DNA of 40,522 nt from Halocafeteria seosinensis (lineage: Eukaryota): NCBI GenBank assembly GCA_001687465.1, contig LVLI01000074.1, positions 1 through 40,522 of the forward strand, written 5' to 3'. Shown piece by piece: positions 23,051 to 35,200 of the stretch. Position numbers and translations under genes: made by a program. Under the pieces are notes generated by a model. The model was not told the origin of the DNA. It worked only from the letters and a program-made list of their open reading frames with translations, and made no database searches. Every line of letters starts with the position of its first letter. Within the stretch, counting starts at the first letter, position 1.

Positions 23051-24637
23051 ATGGTACAGTGGGTTCACCCTCTATTATTGGTCGCTCTTTCCGTGGAAGT
23101 TGCCTCGGCGAATTTGAGACCGAGGTTTGCCGAAGTAAAGGCCATACCGACGGCACCTCCCTTACCCACATGCCCACCAACACCCCCACTTCCTCCACGA
23201 GACGCAATAGTTCCGTTGAACGATACCATTCTCTCGGAGATCAAGTCTTTTCTGGTGGACAACACGGTTGGACCATGTACAGAAGGAGCGCACTCACCGA
23301 GCTCGACGGGACTCAGTGCGGCTATCGTCGTTGGAGGTCATGTGCGCTATCTGAATTCTGGATGCGTGAGCAAAGATAAACCAAATACGGCCCCAACCAA
23401 TGAAACCATTTATCGCCTTGCTTCGGTGACCAAGTTATTTGCGGTAGAAACTGCCCTTCAGGCTGTTAGAGATGGAAAGCTGGCCAGTTTGGACGATGAA
23501 CTGAAGGAATACTTTCCGGACTTTTATATCAATAACCCTTTCGGATCAAGTCAACCAACGTTTAGGCAAATGATGAGCCAACTTTCTGGCACTCCCCTGG
23601 AAGGTCCGTGTGACAGCGCGGCATGCGAGATCTCAACGGAAAAGATCTTGCCACGGATTGCGAAACATAGTCGGCTCATGATGCCTCCTTGGAGCTATCC
23701 CAGCTACTCTAACTTGGGATACTCAATTTTCGGAAATCTGATTGCTGAGCGACTGTACAATATGTCATGGGGTGATTTCGTTGCAGAGAAACTCACTAAA
23801 CAACTTGGGATGGATAGCACGGGTCTGAATTATACATCCAGCGTGCTCTCGCGAATGCCTACGTTCTATCTTCAGGATGGCTCGGTTGCTCCCTTCCAAC
23901 CACTTGGATGGGGGAACCCATCTGGTGGTATGTACTCTACCAGCGCAGATATGGCAACCTGGATTTTACATACTCTCGGAGAGTGGCGACAGGAAGATTC
24001 GAATGGGCAATTTCGCCGAAATATGCTGAGGCAAATCCACGAGAATCCAGATGCCGAAACAGGGTTTGGCGCCCCATGGGAAATCTATAGAAGTGGTTCT
24101 TACCTCCTCCGTACAAAATCGGGAGGTTTACCTGGTTTGACATCATTTATTGCTATGATTCCCGAACTCGATTTCGGATTCGTCTTCCTGTGGAACGGAG
24201 TAGTTCTGGGGGCTGATGATGCTGGGCGAGCCCTGGGTAACTATCTTGGTCAGATTTTGAAGGATCAATATACCCAGTACCAAACTGAGAACTTCCCCGC
24301 TCCATCAAACAAATTCCTCTCAGAGTATATTGGAGTCTATTCTGGAATGGGGCTTAAAGCCGTAGTAAATGCGACGGAGGACCCAAGTTTGGGGAACCAA
24401 CTGGTGGCACATGTTGACGCTGGGCCGTTTGGGGAATTGAAGCTAAGGCCGATGCCGTCTGAGTCTGACCAATTCGTGTTTCGCATTTTCTATCGCCGGG
24501 ATCGCAGTGCTTGTATGGCAGGAGAAACGGCGTCCCATGCAGGTGAATGGGTCTTCTTCAAAACCATCGACAACGGCACCAAGGCTTTCTCAGTTCCGGG
24601 CATCCGGTACTGGGTCAACTTTACGGCTATCAACTAA
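23051..24637 (+). CDS. Secreted beta-lactamase/transpeptidase-like serine hydrolase (S12, LACTBL1-like)
   Basis: Intronless 528-aa ORF with signal peptide. SxxK (ASVTK), YSN, PSGGMYST, KSGGLPG. Confidence 0.9.
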   Translation: MVQWVHPLLLVALSVEVASANLRPRFAEVKAIPTAPPLPTCPPTPPLPPRDAIVPLNDTILSEIKSFLVDNTVGPCTEGAHSPSSTGLSAAIVVGGHVRYLNSGCVSKDKPNTAPTNETIYRLASVTKLFAVETALQAVRDGKLASLDDELKEYFPDFYINNPFGSSQPTFRQMMSQLSGTPLEGPCDSAACEISTEKILPRIAKHSRLMMPPWSYPSYSNLGYSIFGNLIAERLYNMSWGDFVAEKLTKQLGMDSTGLNYTSSVLSRMPTFYLQDGSVAPFQPLGWGNPSGGMYSTSADMATWILHTLGEWRQEDSNGQFRRNMLRQIHENPDAETGFGAPWEIYRSGSYLLRTKSGGLPGLTSFIAMIPELDFGFVFLWNGVVLGADDAGRALGNYLGQILKDQYTQYQTENFPAPSNKFLSEYIGVYSGMGLKAVVNATEDPSLGNQLVAHVDAGPFGELKLRPMPSESDQFVFRIFYRRDRSACMAGETASHAGEWVFFKTIDNGTKAFSVPGIRYWVNFTAIN

Positions 24638-25246
24638 GATTCTCATTCAATTAACGGCAACGAATCATAGTTTTCCAATGTTAAACAATGGAAATAGCCG
24701 GTGTTACCACGAGTGGAATGAAAACATTAACTACTGCAACCCAAGCTTCCTCTTACACTTCCAACTTCAGTTGTACAAACACTTGTCCTGGAATCTAGAA
24801 CTACCAAAAAATTCCGTCAAGTTACATTATATCTGCCAACAGAAAGTTTGTTCCATTCCAACTGCCAACAGGAGTTCTGCTTTCGTTTCTCTTTTCCGCT
24901 CGCTGCGTAGGCATGTACATCCTGTACGGCCGGCGGAGTGGAGTTGCCGCTTTGCTTTCTACGCGCGGCGCGCCCAAACCCTCAAGTTGAAGTAGCAGAA
25001 AGATACGGTTTTTCGACAAAGATATTCGCCATTCAGTACTTGTATTGTCGATTGTTCACCACGCAGTAGAGTAAACACGCTAAAGTATCCATTCCTTCGT
25101 TCATCGTTGGTTGCGAAAGTGTTAAAAGATTGCCTTATTGACGTGGTATGTGCCCTTGTTGAAGATCATTTCAGGTTTTGTCCGGGGCTGTTCCACGCTT
25201 TATACGCTCTATTTGGCCCCTATACACCACAGATTCAAGCGTAACG

Positions 25247-25968
25247 ATGGCGCACGAACGAAAAGCCGAGAACAAATTGGCCTCGCACCCGGAATTGTCC
25301 AAGGCGTACCCCATCGAAGGAGAGAGTGACCTTCTGAAAAAACTGGGAGGGAACCTTGAACATAGGGAGAACAACAGCGCATTACGTATTTCGGCTGTGT
25401 TGAATAGAACAGGTACGTGCTGCAGCATTCCTCTCTGTTAGTATGGAGGGAATACGGGGTAGATAGACTGAGTTGAAGCGCTTTCGACACATCATCCAAT
25501 GATTCTAGTGTTCGACGATTCGATTCCATGCAGGTCTTCCATTGGACAGATCATCCAATTATACTGCCACAAAGTATGAGGACAAGGAAGGGAATATCTA
25601 CGCTCTGGATGTGCAAGAACTCCATGAGATCCTGAAGAAGATGTTGGGGCCACCTCGCCACATTCGGAAACAAGAAGATGCCGTCAAATTCAAAGGCATT
25701 ATCCTCTTCGAGGGTGTTCCTAGCATCAAGGACCAAGTAAGTGTTCGATATATGCGGTATAGTGTGTGTTGTTCAATAATTTGTGTTTTGGCCTCGTTCT
25801 CTACGCGTGTGCGCGTGAGCATGTTCTCCTGTGTGTTCACTTGTTGATTGCTTTTTTGATATAATGCAGACCGGCCATTTCGATCTGTGGAATGGCAAGA
25901 CAACCGAGAGCGACGACTATTGGACCTCAGCATCCAACATCTGGATCTGGAATGCCCCTGCAGAATAG
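25247..25968 (+). CDS. Tae4-family (NlpC/P60-related) peptidoglycan amidase homolog, spliced, catalytic Cys replaced by Ser
   Basis: Exons 25247-25412, 25534-25736 and 25870-25968 give 155 aa: LGG...NNSALRISAVLNRTGLP...YALDVQEL..IL..MLGPP...KGIILF...TGHFDLWNG...WIW. This is colinear with bacterial Tae4 motifs as recalled (NxCxIRMSYxLN, KGII, GHxxLWNG). The 5' end is uncertain: there is an in-frame acceptor at 25174. Confidence 0.85.
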
Positions 25969-26334
25969 ATTGTTTCAATCTCGTGATCTTGTTTCATCTA
26001 AACAGGACATACTTGTAATGTTCTATGCCCGATGTTTCACCGAAATGCAAAGAGTTTCGGCTAGATCAGTATAGGACCATGTTAAATCGACTTAGTTTTT
26101 CCAGCTGGATATATTCAGTCCCAGTTACTAGTTTACAATTTAGTTTGCTCACCTCTTAGAGCTCCTTCCTAGTACACTCGTTGTGTTGTGCGCAAAGAAC
26201 AAAGAAACCCTTCGCGTGAGCGTGAGTGTTCCGGAAGCTGACTCCATGGTAGTTGTATGAGTTCCACCGGGATTGTCATTCCCGGTTTATTAATTTGTAC
26301 CTAGTTGTGTAAAAAAAAGGGAAAGAAAAAAAAA

Positions 26335-27790
26335 ATGCGCTTTCATTTGGTTCTGAGTGTGGTGCTTGCTTCATCCATGCTATGGATGAACGACGCAGCG
26401 GCATTTCACACTGCGCATCGTCCTGTCAGCTATTTAAGGCGTCATTCCACTGCCGATTCGGATCGTCTCGTTCCCATACAAGGCTCCACGGCGTTTGCCC
26501 GAGGCGTCTCCATGGGGAAAGCCCTCAAAGATAGCGTGGACGCTATCTTTGACCTCCAGAAACGGGAGTACGCGGAGCGCATGGCGTACTGGAAGTCTAT
26601 GGCGAAAAACATCGAGGAGTATATCGAGGAATACGCCCCCGTGACCTACGCTGAGATGCTCGGAATGAACCAAGCTGGGATCGAATGGGAGACCTTACTC
26701 CTGATGGCGTGCAATTACGAAATGTTCATGACCGACGGAGTTTGGCTCAAGGAAGGACTCACGGCCAAGGGGGAATTGTGGAAGAAAGTGTTACCGGAAG
26801 CTCGACAGAGACAAGGGCATTGTACTGCCTTCTCCTCCTACGGCACCACTGCCCAAGAACAGCCGCAATACGCTGGACAAAACAATGACGAAGATCCGCC
26901 CATGTGGGCCAACGCTACCCACGATGTTGTCATGCACCTCGGTAAAGGCGAGGCGAATGAATCCCTCATCTACACGCATCCAGGTAAGTCAGTGTTCATG
27001 GTCCCATTCTTTTAAGAAGCAAGTCTCATTCAGCTCGATGCGCGATGTCTTATAGGTCTTCCGGCGTACATGGGAATGAACAAGAACGGTCTCTCAGTCC
27101 TGTGGCAGTATATCGACAACGGAGAACGGAATATTAACGAGGGTATGTACGATAAAGAGAAAGTGCCGGGATGTGAGATGATGGTAGTGATTACGCCTCG
27201 TTTTCTCTTTCGTATTATTGCTGCAGGCGTTCCTACATGCGTCCTTTTGAGAGAGGTGCTCAAGTTTGGGAAGATTGAAGACGCTGTAGACTACCTAAGA
27301 TCTACACCGAGAACAGTTCCTAACAACTTCCTGCTGTCGCAATGTGGCTATGGAGCAAACAACATTGAATGTAGTCCGTAAGTACGAGATCTATCGTTCT
27401 CGACAACCCCATGCGCAGTGCATGTACAATAATTACTGGGTCTGCAGCACCCACTTTACTGAAGTTCGCGTTGCAAGAGGAGATGTGACACATGCCAATG
27501 GTATCATTTTCGACGAAGAAATGGCCAGTCATGAAATTCATATCGTCAATAACACGAGTCCAGCTCGGTATAAAGCCATCAAGGAAATGATAAATGAGTA
27601 CCGCAGTGGAATGAACCCTAGTGTGGGCATGAAAATGTTGTCAACCCCTCCCGTCTTTAACAATGATACCATGGCGAGTATGGTGTTCGATCCTCAGGAA
27701 GGTGCAATGCATATCCGATTTATGGGCGACCAAAACTACCAGAAGTTTTCCTTGTCTTCGGGATCCCCTCTCTGCAACCGTAGAAGGTAA
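26335..27790 (+). CDS. Peptidase C45 / acyl-CoA:6-APA acyltransferase-like Ntn-hydrolase, secreted
   Basis: Signal peptide. RGVSMG, EMLGM, autocleavage-site HCTAF, GQNND, GMNKNGLSV, GVP..VLLREVL. Introns 26984-27055, 27143-27226, 27378-27447. Confidence 0.85.
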
Positions 27791-28051
27791 CGTGATACGT
27801 CGTCCCTCTTTTACGTCCAGAAAAGTGATGTCGCAAAGACACACAAATACTACATTTTACAGCTCACTGTTTAAACCCTTCTAAAGATGTATCTTCCGCA
27901 TATTCATTCTGGAACTTACTCCGCGGTTGCGGAGCCGGCTCTGGGGCCACATCTTCTAGTTTTGGTCGCTTGACGCCGCTTAATGCATGTCTACTGTCCT
28001 TCATATTTGCGTCGTCAAGAGATGCAGCAGCTTTGTCTGTATTCAAGTACC

Positions 28052-31028
28052 CTACACCGCTTGAGCTGATTCTGATCCCTGATTGGTCAAGTTGCGGATA
28101 TCCTCCTCAGTAAGCAGTGAGGTGCCGAATGCCGCAGACTGTGGTAAGGGTTGGGCCATTTCTTTCAAAAATTTTCGAGCGAGTAGTTTCGACATATCCA
28201 CTGTTAGATTCAAATGTGCTTCCGGTAAGAACTGAGTAACCCACTGGGGTAATTTCGAACGCTTGTCGTATCTCGCATAGCGGCTATCGGCGAACACCAT
28301 AACTCCATAATCCTTCTTGCTCCTGATCACACGGCCCACGCACTGAGCTGACTGTCGAATCGCATCAAATGTCAAGAAGTCTTGCTCCTTTATTCTAAAC
28401 GTATCTCGTAAATAAACCAATCGTGCTCGAAGAACATGCGACAACGTATACTGAAATGGTATTCCAATCAAGATGACCAACCGGCCATAGTGCTTCTCAA
28501 AGTCAATTCCTTCGGCAACTTTCCCCCGCGCAACACTGAAGAAGACAGCGCCACGTCCAATATCGCAAGCTCGTTTGAAATTATTTAACGCCAGTGTCGT
28601 CTCGTATATGTCCTTGGTTTCGATGAATAACAATTTATGTTTCTGTGCGTTTGCATCCATAACTGTTGGAGTAGAGGTGAAACATAAAAGGATATCCACC
28701 CTCGTTGCTTACCTCTATCTCAGTTAAAGTTCCCATTTGGTACCATTTGGATACGATCATCTCCATGTACGAGTAAGATGGGAAAAAGACGACAGCACCA
28801 TCCGGTACAACAGAGCACATTTGTTCCACCATGGATCCATAGTGCCTTAAAATTGTCTCGTCATCTCTTGTTTCGTATTTCGTCGACAAAGGGGTTTGAT
28901 CAGAACCCCGTGTAATCATCATTGGGCAAATGCATGGTCGCGTGATGGACATCTCCAAAGAAGCTTGTACCACAGGTCGGAAGTTGAGCATTCTGGAGTA
29001 CATATCTAATGGAGATAAAGTACCCGAAGTTATGATGACGGACTGAAATTTGTCGAAGACTGGTTTCACCGCCAACGAAGCATCTGCAGTCCATCAGTGG
29101 TAAAATAAAAAGTAAGATATCTACAGGTCCACTGGAGGTCGCAAAGGCCCAACATACCTAGACACGCTAGCTGGAGAACTGGGTCTGGAATATGCGGCGT
29201 TTGTGAGTTAAACGGTTCCAATATCACCATAAATCCCACAGAGTATGTGCATATAAGTGTTGCAAAGTCAGCCACGAGCTGCAACGGGGAGAACTCGTCG
29301 ACATCGGTGATCTGCAACCAAGCTCGAATACACAGTTAACTCTTTGCTTGCGTTACATGTTGCAAACGAGTCTGACATACTTGTAACGTCTTCATCAGCG
29401 AATTTAATCGTGAATAAGCAAACTTGAGGGGTTCAGTATCCATTTGGAGCGTGTTGCCCATGCGCTGTAGAAATCCTTGTGGAGTTTCAGATTCGACTTG
29501 TTCGACGCCGATTCTTTGCCTTAAGAAGCGAACTACCTGTTTCATGTACCGCACAAATAATTCTGCATTTCTTATGTTCCCTGGAAGCGCTTCCTCCACA
29601 ACATCCTGGGGAAGCACGGGAGCAGCCAGCATTTCCTCTCCTCCCCCGGTACCCTCTTGTTGTTGCTGTCGAGTATTACCGTTATTCTGCGCTGAGGAAC
29701 GAGGATGAGCATCTCCAAATGCTCCAGAATTCGACAGTCCCTGAACAAGCCGCTGGTATTCATCCTGCAGTCTTTGCGAGTCCGCTTCTTTCATTCTGTA
29801 GTCGTAAGCAATCTCATAGTTTGTCGTCCCCGGCAACAATGAGCATCACACCACCGTACCTCTTTACTTCCGTATCGAGTTTGTTGAGATTTGAATCTGC
29901 TACACTTAGCATTCGTTTATTCAAGGTTATACTCAAGGCCTCTATACACACCTGCATCGTATCATTGGAAGTATCTCTGAGTTAAGCAAGATGAGTTCGG
30001 GAACTTGTCACCACCTGACTCACGTTATCAATGTTGTGTCCCTCATCAAAAACCACGATACTCTTATCTTCCAATTCTCGGGTGACCATTCCCGCTACTT
30101 TCGGGTCCAGCATGTATTGATAGTTGTAGACAACGACGTTGGCATAATTGATGACATGCCTCGTGAGAAAGTACGGACACCACCCTTTCTCTTTTCCTAA
30201 TTCTTTCAGATCTTCTATAGAGTAAATACCTCGTATGTCAGCATCGGTCCCGGATCTGTCCAAAACATCGCTAGTGTGTAAGTGGAGCAAGAGTGTACAA
30301 CAGAGTGAAATACATACTTTTCGTATTCCTCAAAGTACTGGCACAACTCTACGGATGAATCCGTTTCAGCTTTGGCGCGAACCCATGAAGCGGTTAAATT
30401 CCGACATGCCGAATCTACTGTTTCTCTTTCTGATTCCTCGGAGACTGTGGGATGAATACACCTGTAAAAAATCGTAATACATTACGTGGAGTCTTCCCCC
30501 CCGAGGAAAGAGCCAAGTGCGTGCACGTACATGTTTCTTCGCGAACTGAGACACACCGCTAGAATTTCTTGTGACGGATGCGTAGAGACCTTTTCTCTGT
30601 ACTCGACCACTCTTTTGAGCTCCCGAATCGTCTGAATAGCATCATCATAATAGTCGAGGAATTCAAAGTGCCCTTGCTTCGTCCAAAGCGAAGCGAAGCA
30701 GGTAAGAGCCCTACTCACTTTCGTCATTTCCGGGACAGTCCGTGTACAGTAGATAAGTTTCCCACACGAGTCCGGGTAGGCGTATTGGTACGAAGTAATC
30801 AATGCCAAGAGAGACACGGTCTTCCCGGTCCCCGTAGGCATTTCCAATATGGCATCTCCTTTGGCATCAATGGCTCTCTGTATTGACGCTACACTGTGCA
30901 TACATACATGCATGCATGAGTATCATTAACTATGGACTTACCTTGAGCTCCACCATGTACTGGAATTGCTCCTTATAGATGTAATCATAGGGAAAAAACA
31001 CCTCCAGACCATCAATATGCACTTTCAT
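28052..31028 (-). CDS. XPD: TFIIH helicase subunit XPD/ERCC2/Rad3
   Basis: [80 protein letters not shown]. Nine canonical introns traced. Confidence 0.98.
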
Positions 31029-31059
31029 TGTGCCTTTGTTGTTGATTTACATGCATACA

Positions 31060-32354
31060 ATGGCTTTTATACGCCGTCTAGTATCCTTAGGGGGGAGTAG
31101 GGGGATATATCGTGTTCAATCAATCCATACAAGTGGCATTATATGCCATAATGAGCGCCAGAAAGAGTTTCAGGAGAAGGTCCTCCATCCTCAACGTGAT
31201 CATGAGGCAGATACAGTGGCCCCGGGGGATAAAGGAGAGTATTCCTGTGAATTTTACTACAGCCCGGATTCGAAATTGGTGCGAACTTTTTCGTGGTTAC
31301 TGTCGGCCAAAGCCCTCGGAGCTGGCCTTGCCAGTGGAGTCCTCTGGCAACGCGAAGGCGCTAAACTCTATGACATATACGTAGCCGCGGAGGAGTCGAT
31401 GCTCCCGTTTCAGACGTTCCTCGATACGACGACGCTCCCCCTACCGGTAGGTGGGTTGATTTAGCAAGGTTGTGCATGGTGAAATGACGAGGGTTGGATG
31501 GAATGCAGGACTTTCGAATGCCGTGTATTCTAGTTGGATTAGCGGGACTGGGGCTATTTCAGATACGAAGAAGTGTACACCGCGTATGCACGCGGCTAAC
31601 GAGGCGGATTTCGTCCGAGGATGGAAACGAATATATTGATGTGGAACATATGACCATGTTAGGCCGTAGAACTCGCACTTATCTTCGCGAAGGTACGACA
31701 TTTCGAGTAGGTTCCCTGTGCCCTGTGTGAGTGATATCTTCTGGAATGCAGATTGTGATTGCGCCAAACCTAAGAAACTTACGACACATTTTGTCACGAT
31801 ATCGAGAGACGGGACGAAGTATTACTACTTGCTCCCGGTAGAAGGGTGGAAATCGGAGGATAAAGACTATTTAAAGAGATTCATATATGAGCACTACTTT
31901 AGGTATGTGAACTTATCTGACACCGTATCACGTGCTTGTGCTCATACTGTACTTCGTGGCAACCATATAACCCCGCAGAGACGAGACACCGCCTCCGAAT
32001 GATGAAGAGTTAATACAGATAGAAGGTTTTGGGCCTTATCGCCCAATGCAGTTTGCCGATCCGTCACATCCTGCATCCCAGCAAATCGGATGGCCAGCTT
32101 CCAAGAAAGCCCTCGAAGGTACAGCACTGTTTGTGAAAGATGGGCACGTGTATACAGAGTTTAGCACTTCTCAGAGGAAGTCGATAGATCAGAAACGCGA
32201 AGACGAGTTAGCCAAAAGTATCACGGGGGACAAAGAACTCAACGAAGCTTTACAGAGCCGGCGTAGATTAAAGGGCCAACCTTCCAATCAAGTCGGAACA
32301 AATCGCAGTAATAACAGCAAACCTAAAAGTCATGATCAAGATGACAATACATAA
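31060..32354 (+). CDS. Probable mitochondrial membrane protein, TMEM70/TMEM186-like
   Basis: Arg/Ser-rich presequence-like start (MAFIRRLVSLGGSRGIYR), two hydrophobic segments, then VEHMTMLG. Four exons join in frame through GT-AG introns to the stop at 32354. The family call is tentative. Confidence 0.55.
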
Positions 32355-32516
32355 GGCAATTCACTTATTATAGTGACTTATACGGTATACCTCCGTTGGA
32401 ATTCAAAACTCGACTTCCAAGTTTCCAGTAATTGTAGTTTCGCAGGGATTGTCAAATAGTTCTTACTTTTACCTAGCAAGTAACATTGCTTGTACATTAT
32501 TGTTGAGTGTGATACC

Positions 32517-34393
32517 ATGGATGTCACTGGGGATAAGCGCTGGGACGAATGGCTCCCCGAGCGCATGAAACATACCGCCGATATTTTCATGGCAAATCGA
32601 GTGTATACAGACCCCAAGACGTCAAAGTTAGCTCATTCCCACACGTATGGGTCAGCTGTGTATGCTCTTGGAGGGTATCCGCCAGCGTACGTGGGCTGTA
32701 AAGAGCTGAAAATGAGGTATTTTTGTCATGTTCTCCCCTCTCTCCCTGCAGAGAAAGGGCCAAAATAGCCCGGAAATTGAGGGATGATTACGCATATAAG
32801 TTCCCCCATACAGCCAAGAGTGGTCTCCGAGCAGGCTCAGGAGGCAGTAGAGATGATCAACATAGGAAAATGCTCCAAAATGGAGGCCAGAATGCGCGAT
32901 TATTAGAGGATGCTGCCTCCTCCTCCTCCTCAGGCGCAGCAGCAAGTGCTGAAGCAGGACAACAGACCGACTCTCGGAAGCGAGGAGCTCCCTCAGAGCT
33001 ATCCAGTAGTACGTAATGGACATTTTGCGCTGGAAGAGTAGAAACCCGAATGAGACTGTGGTCGTGGTCCTGCAGGCTCTTATCCCACAGTGGAGGAAGT
33101 GGCGAGTGAAATCGAAGACAAAGAAAAGCCCAGGTAGGATGGCCTTCAGGCCAGTTTATCATATTATGAGTAGATTACTCAAATACTCTTTGCTCATATC
33201 AATGCAATGCAGTGGCGTGAAATCGGACAGCTTAGTTGAGTACCAGAAGGTGAAGGAGGAGTCGGACCAGATATCATCCCAAAGCCAAGCATTGAGCGCC
33301 AGGAGGAAACCGAAGAAAGTGCCGGAGCCACAATGGCACGCTCCCTGGAACCTCATGAGAGTTATCAGTGGTCATACAGGATGGGTCCGATGTGTTGATG
33401 TCGAGCCGGCAAATGAATGGTTCGTCACAGGTGCATCCGATCGGACAATCAAGCTGTGGGATTTGGCCTCTGGCACTCTGAAACTTACCTTTACTGGACA
33501 TATTCACGGAGTGAGGGGAGTGAAAGTTAGCCCGAGGCATCCTTACATGTTTTCTTGTGCAGAAGACAAAACGGTCAGGTGCTGGGATCTTGAGTACAAT
33601 AAGGTGATTCGGAAATATCATGGACATCTTTCTGGAGTATATGATCTCGCTCTTCATCCCACCTTGGATGTTTTAATGACTGGAGGCCGGGATGCAACTT
33701 GTCGTGTTTGGGATATTCGGACGAAACAGCAGGTGCATTGTTTGACAGGCCATGAACAAACAGTGTGCTCTGTCAACAGTCAAACAGCGGACCCACAGGT
33801 AATTACTGGCTCTATGGATAATACCATCAAACTATGGGATTTAGCTGCGGGCAAAGTGATGACGACACTAACCCATCACAAGAAGTCCGTTCGTTCTACT
33901 GTTTTGCATCCCACCGAATTTGCGTTCGTCTCTGGCGCTCCTGATAATCTAAAGAAATGGGCATTTCCTCATGGCACGTTTATTCATAACTTCTCTGGAC
34001 ATAACAGTATTATCAACGCTTTGGCTCTGAATGAAGACGATGTCCTTGTATCGGGTGGGGACGATGGAACTATTCGATTTTGGGACTACAAAACTGGCTA
34101 TGCGTTCCAAGATGAAAAAACCAAAGTGCAACCAGGGTCTCTTGACAGCGAAGCCGGTATCTTTGCTCTCGAGTTCGACAATACTGGATCTCGCTTGATT
34201 AGCGGAGAAGCGGATAAGACCATCAAAATCTGGAAAGGTACGTAGGGTATATGCTTCTCCAGATTAATATCTATTCCTTATTTGCAATTTGGTTGTTTAC
34301 GAAATTGCAGAAGATCCTGAAGCTACACCTGAGACCCATCCCATCGACATGGAGCGATGGCGTAGAGAGGTGCGGACGATTAAGAGGTTCTAA
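32517..34393 (+). CDS. PLRG1: Pleiotropic regulator 1 / Prp46 WD40 splicing factor
   Basis: [23 protein letters not shown]40 repeats, [34 protein letters not shown]. Four introns; last exon ends IKRF-stop at 34393. Confidence 0.97.
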
Positions 34394-34627
34394 GACGCTA
34401 TCAGACTTCTGGAAAATACTCTTTCATGCACATGTTACATCAATGCTACATTATGCTGTTCAAACCTCGTACCCCACAGAAGCCATAACTAAAGGATACC
34501 CCAGCACGGTAGAAGATCTTCTCTCCCATACCCCGAATGGTAGTAGTGCCGGTTCTAAAAACCTTCACTTCCGAAAGTATTTCGTCAGAGCCTTTAGGGT
34601 GCAAACGTGCTATCTTGTAAGTGAACT

Positions 34628-34930
34628 GCGGTAGGAGCAACGGCACACACTACCACAACATATGGAATGGAGGCACAGAGGAGACGATTCGCTATACTGG
34701 TAGTATTGCCTGGCGTACCACCTAGACTGCCTAGATTACTTTCGGCAGGAGTACTATTCGAGCACACACTTTGCATCGTCTTCGGAAGCAATACGCACGA
34801 TTCGTACATAGCGCCACCCCCGGTACCTCCTGAGCAAAACCAGTGTTGTGTTCCCCACGGCGCATGTCAGCGAAGAGGGAAGCACAGCAAGCCTGTCATG
34901 CGGTCAACTTCCTGTCCCACGTGCGTGTGT
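34628..34930 (+). mobile_element. Degenerate copy of the retroelement 3' region, opposite orientation
   Basis: cggtaggagcaac, cctcctgagc..accagtgttgtgttcc..acggcgcatgtcagc and atgcggtcaacttcc match the reverse complement of 2065-2300 and 39100-39250. Ends in gtgtgtg. Confidence 0.7.
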
Positions 34931-35200
34931 GGAAAAGTGTCTAACACTTTCTCATTTCCTCATTGGATCAGGTGTCATCTTACGCATGTAGTACGACACG
35001 ATGATGCGTGAAACACACCAATGGAATTGGTCAAACATCCTTACGGTATGATACCAGTACTTCCTCGTCTCCGCACATGCTTCACAAAGATTTCACACGT
35101 GTGTATCTTTGTATACAGTGTACACATTCACGTTGCATGGATGGAGCAGTTTTTGTTTATTTATTTCTGTAGCGTAGCGAAAGTGGCACGACATTGCATA

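Noticed and set aside
23051..24637. Intronless beta-lactamase-like gene as recent bacterial HGT or contamination
   Set aside because: The motif RQMMSQLSGxPxExPC resembles eukaryotic LACTBL1-like proteins, long intronless exons occur elsewhere in the window (DENN), and the flanking genes are spliced.
30410..30440. Suspected frameshift in the XPD Fe-S region
   Set aside because: Recounting gives GAA AGA GAA ACA GTA GAT in frame ([18 protein letters not shown]); the gene is intact.
34667..35011. 114-aa ORF (and ORFs 6919-7155, 39134-39412) sharing PPPxPPExNQCCVP as a small gene family
   Set aside because: The similarity comes from the dispersed retroelement 3' repeat, and the frames are not conserved between copies.
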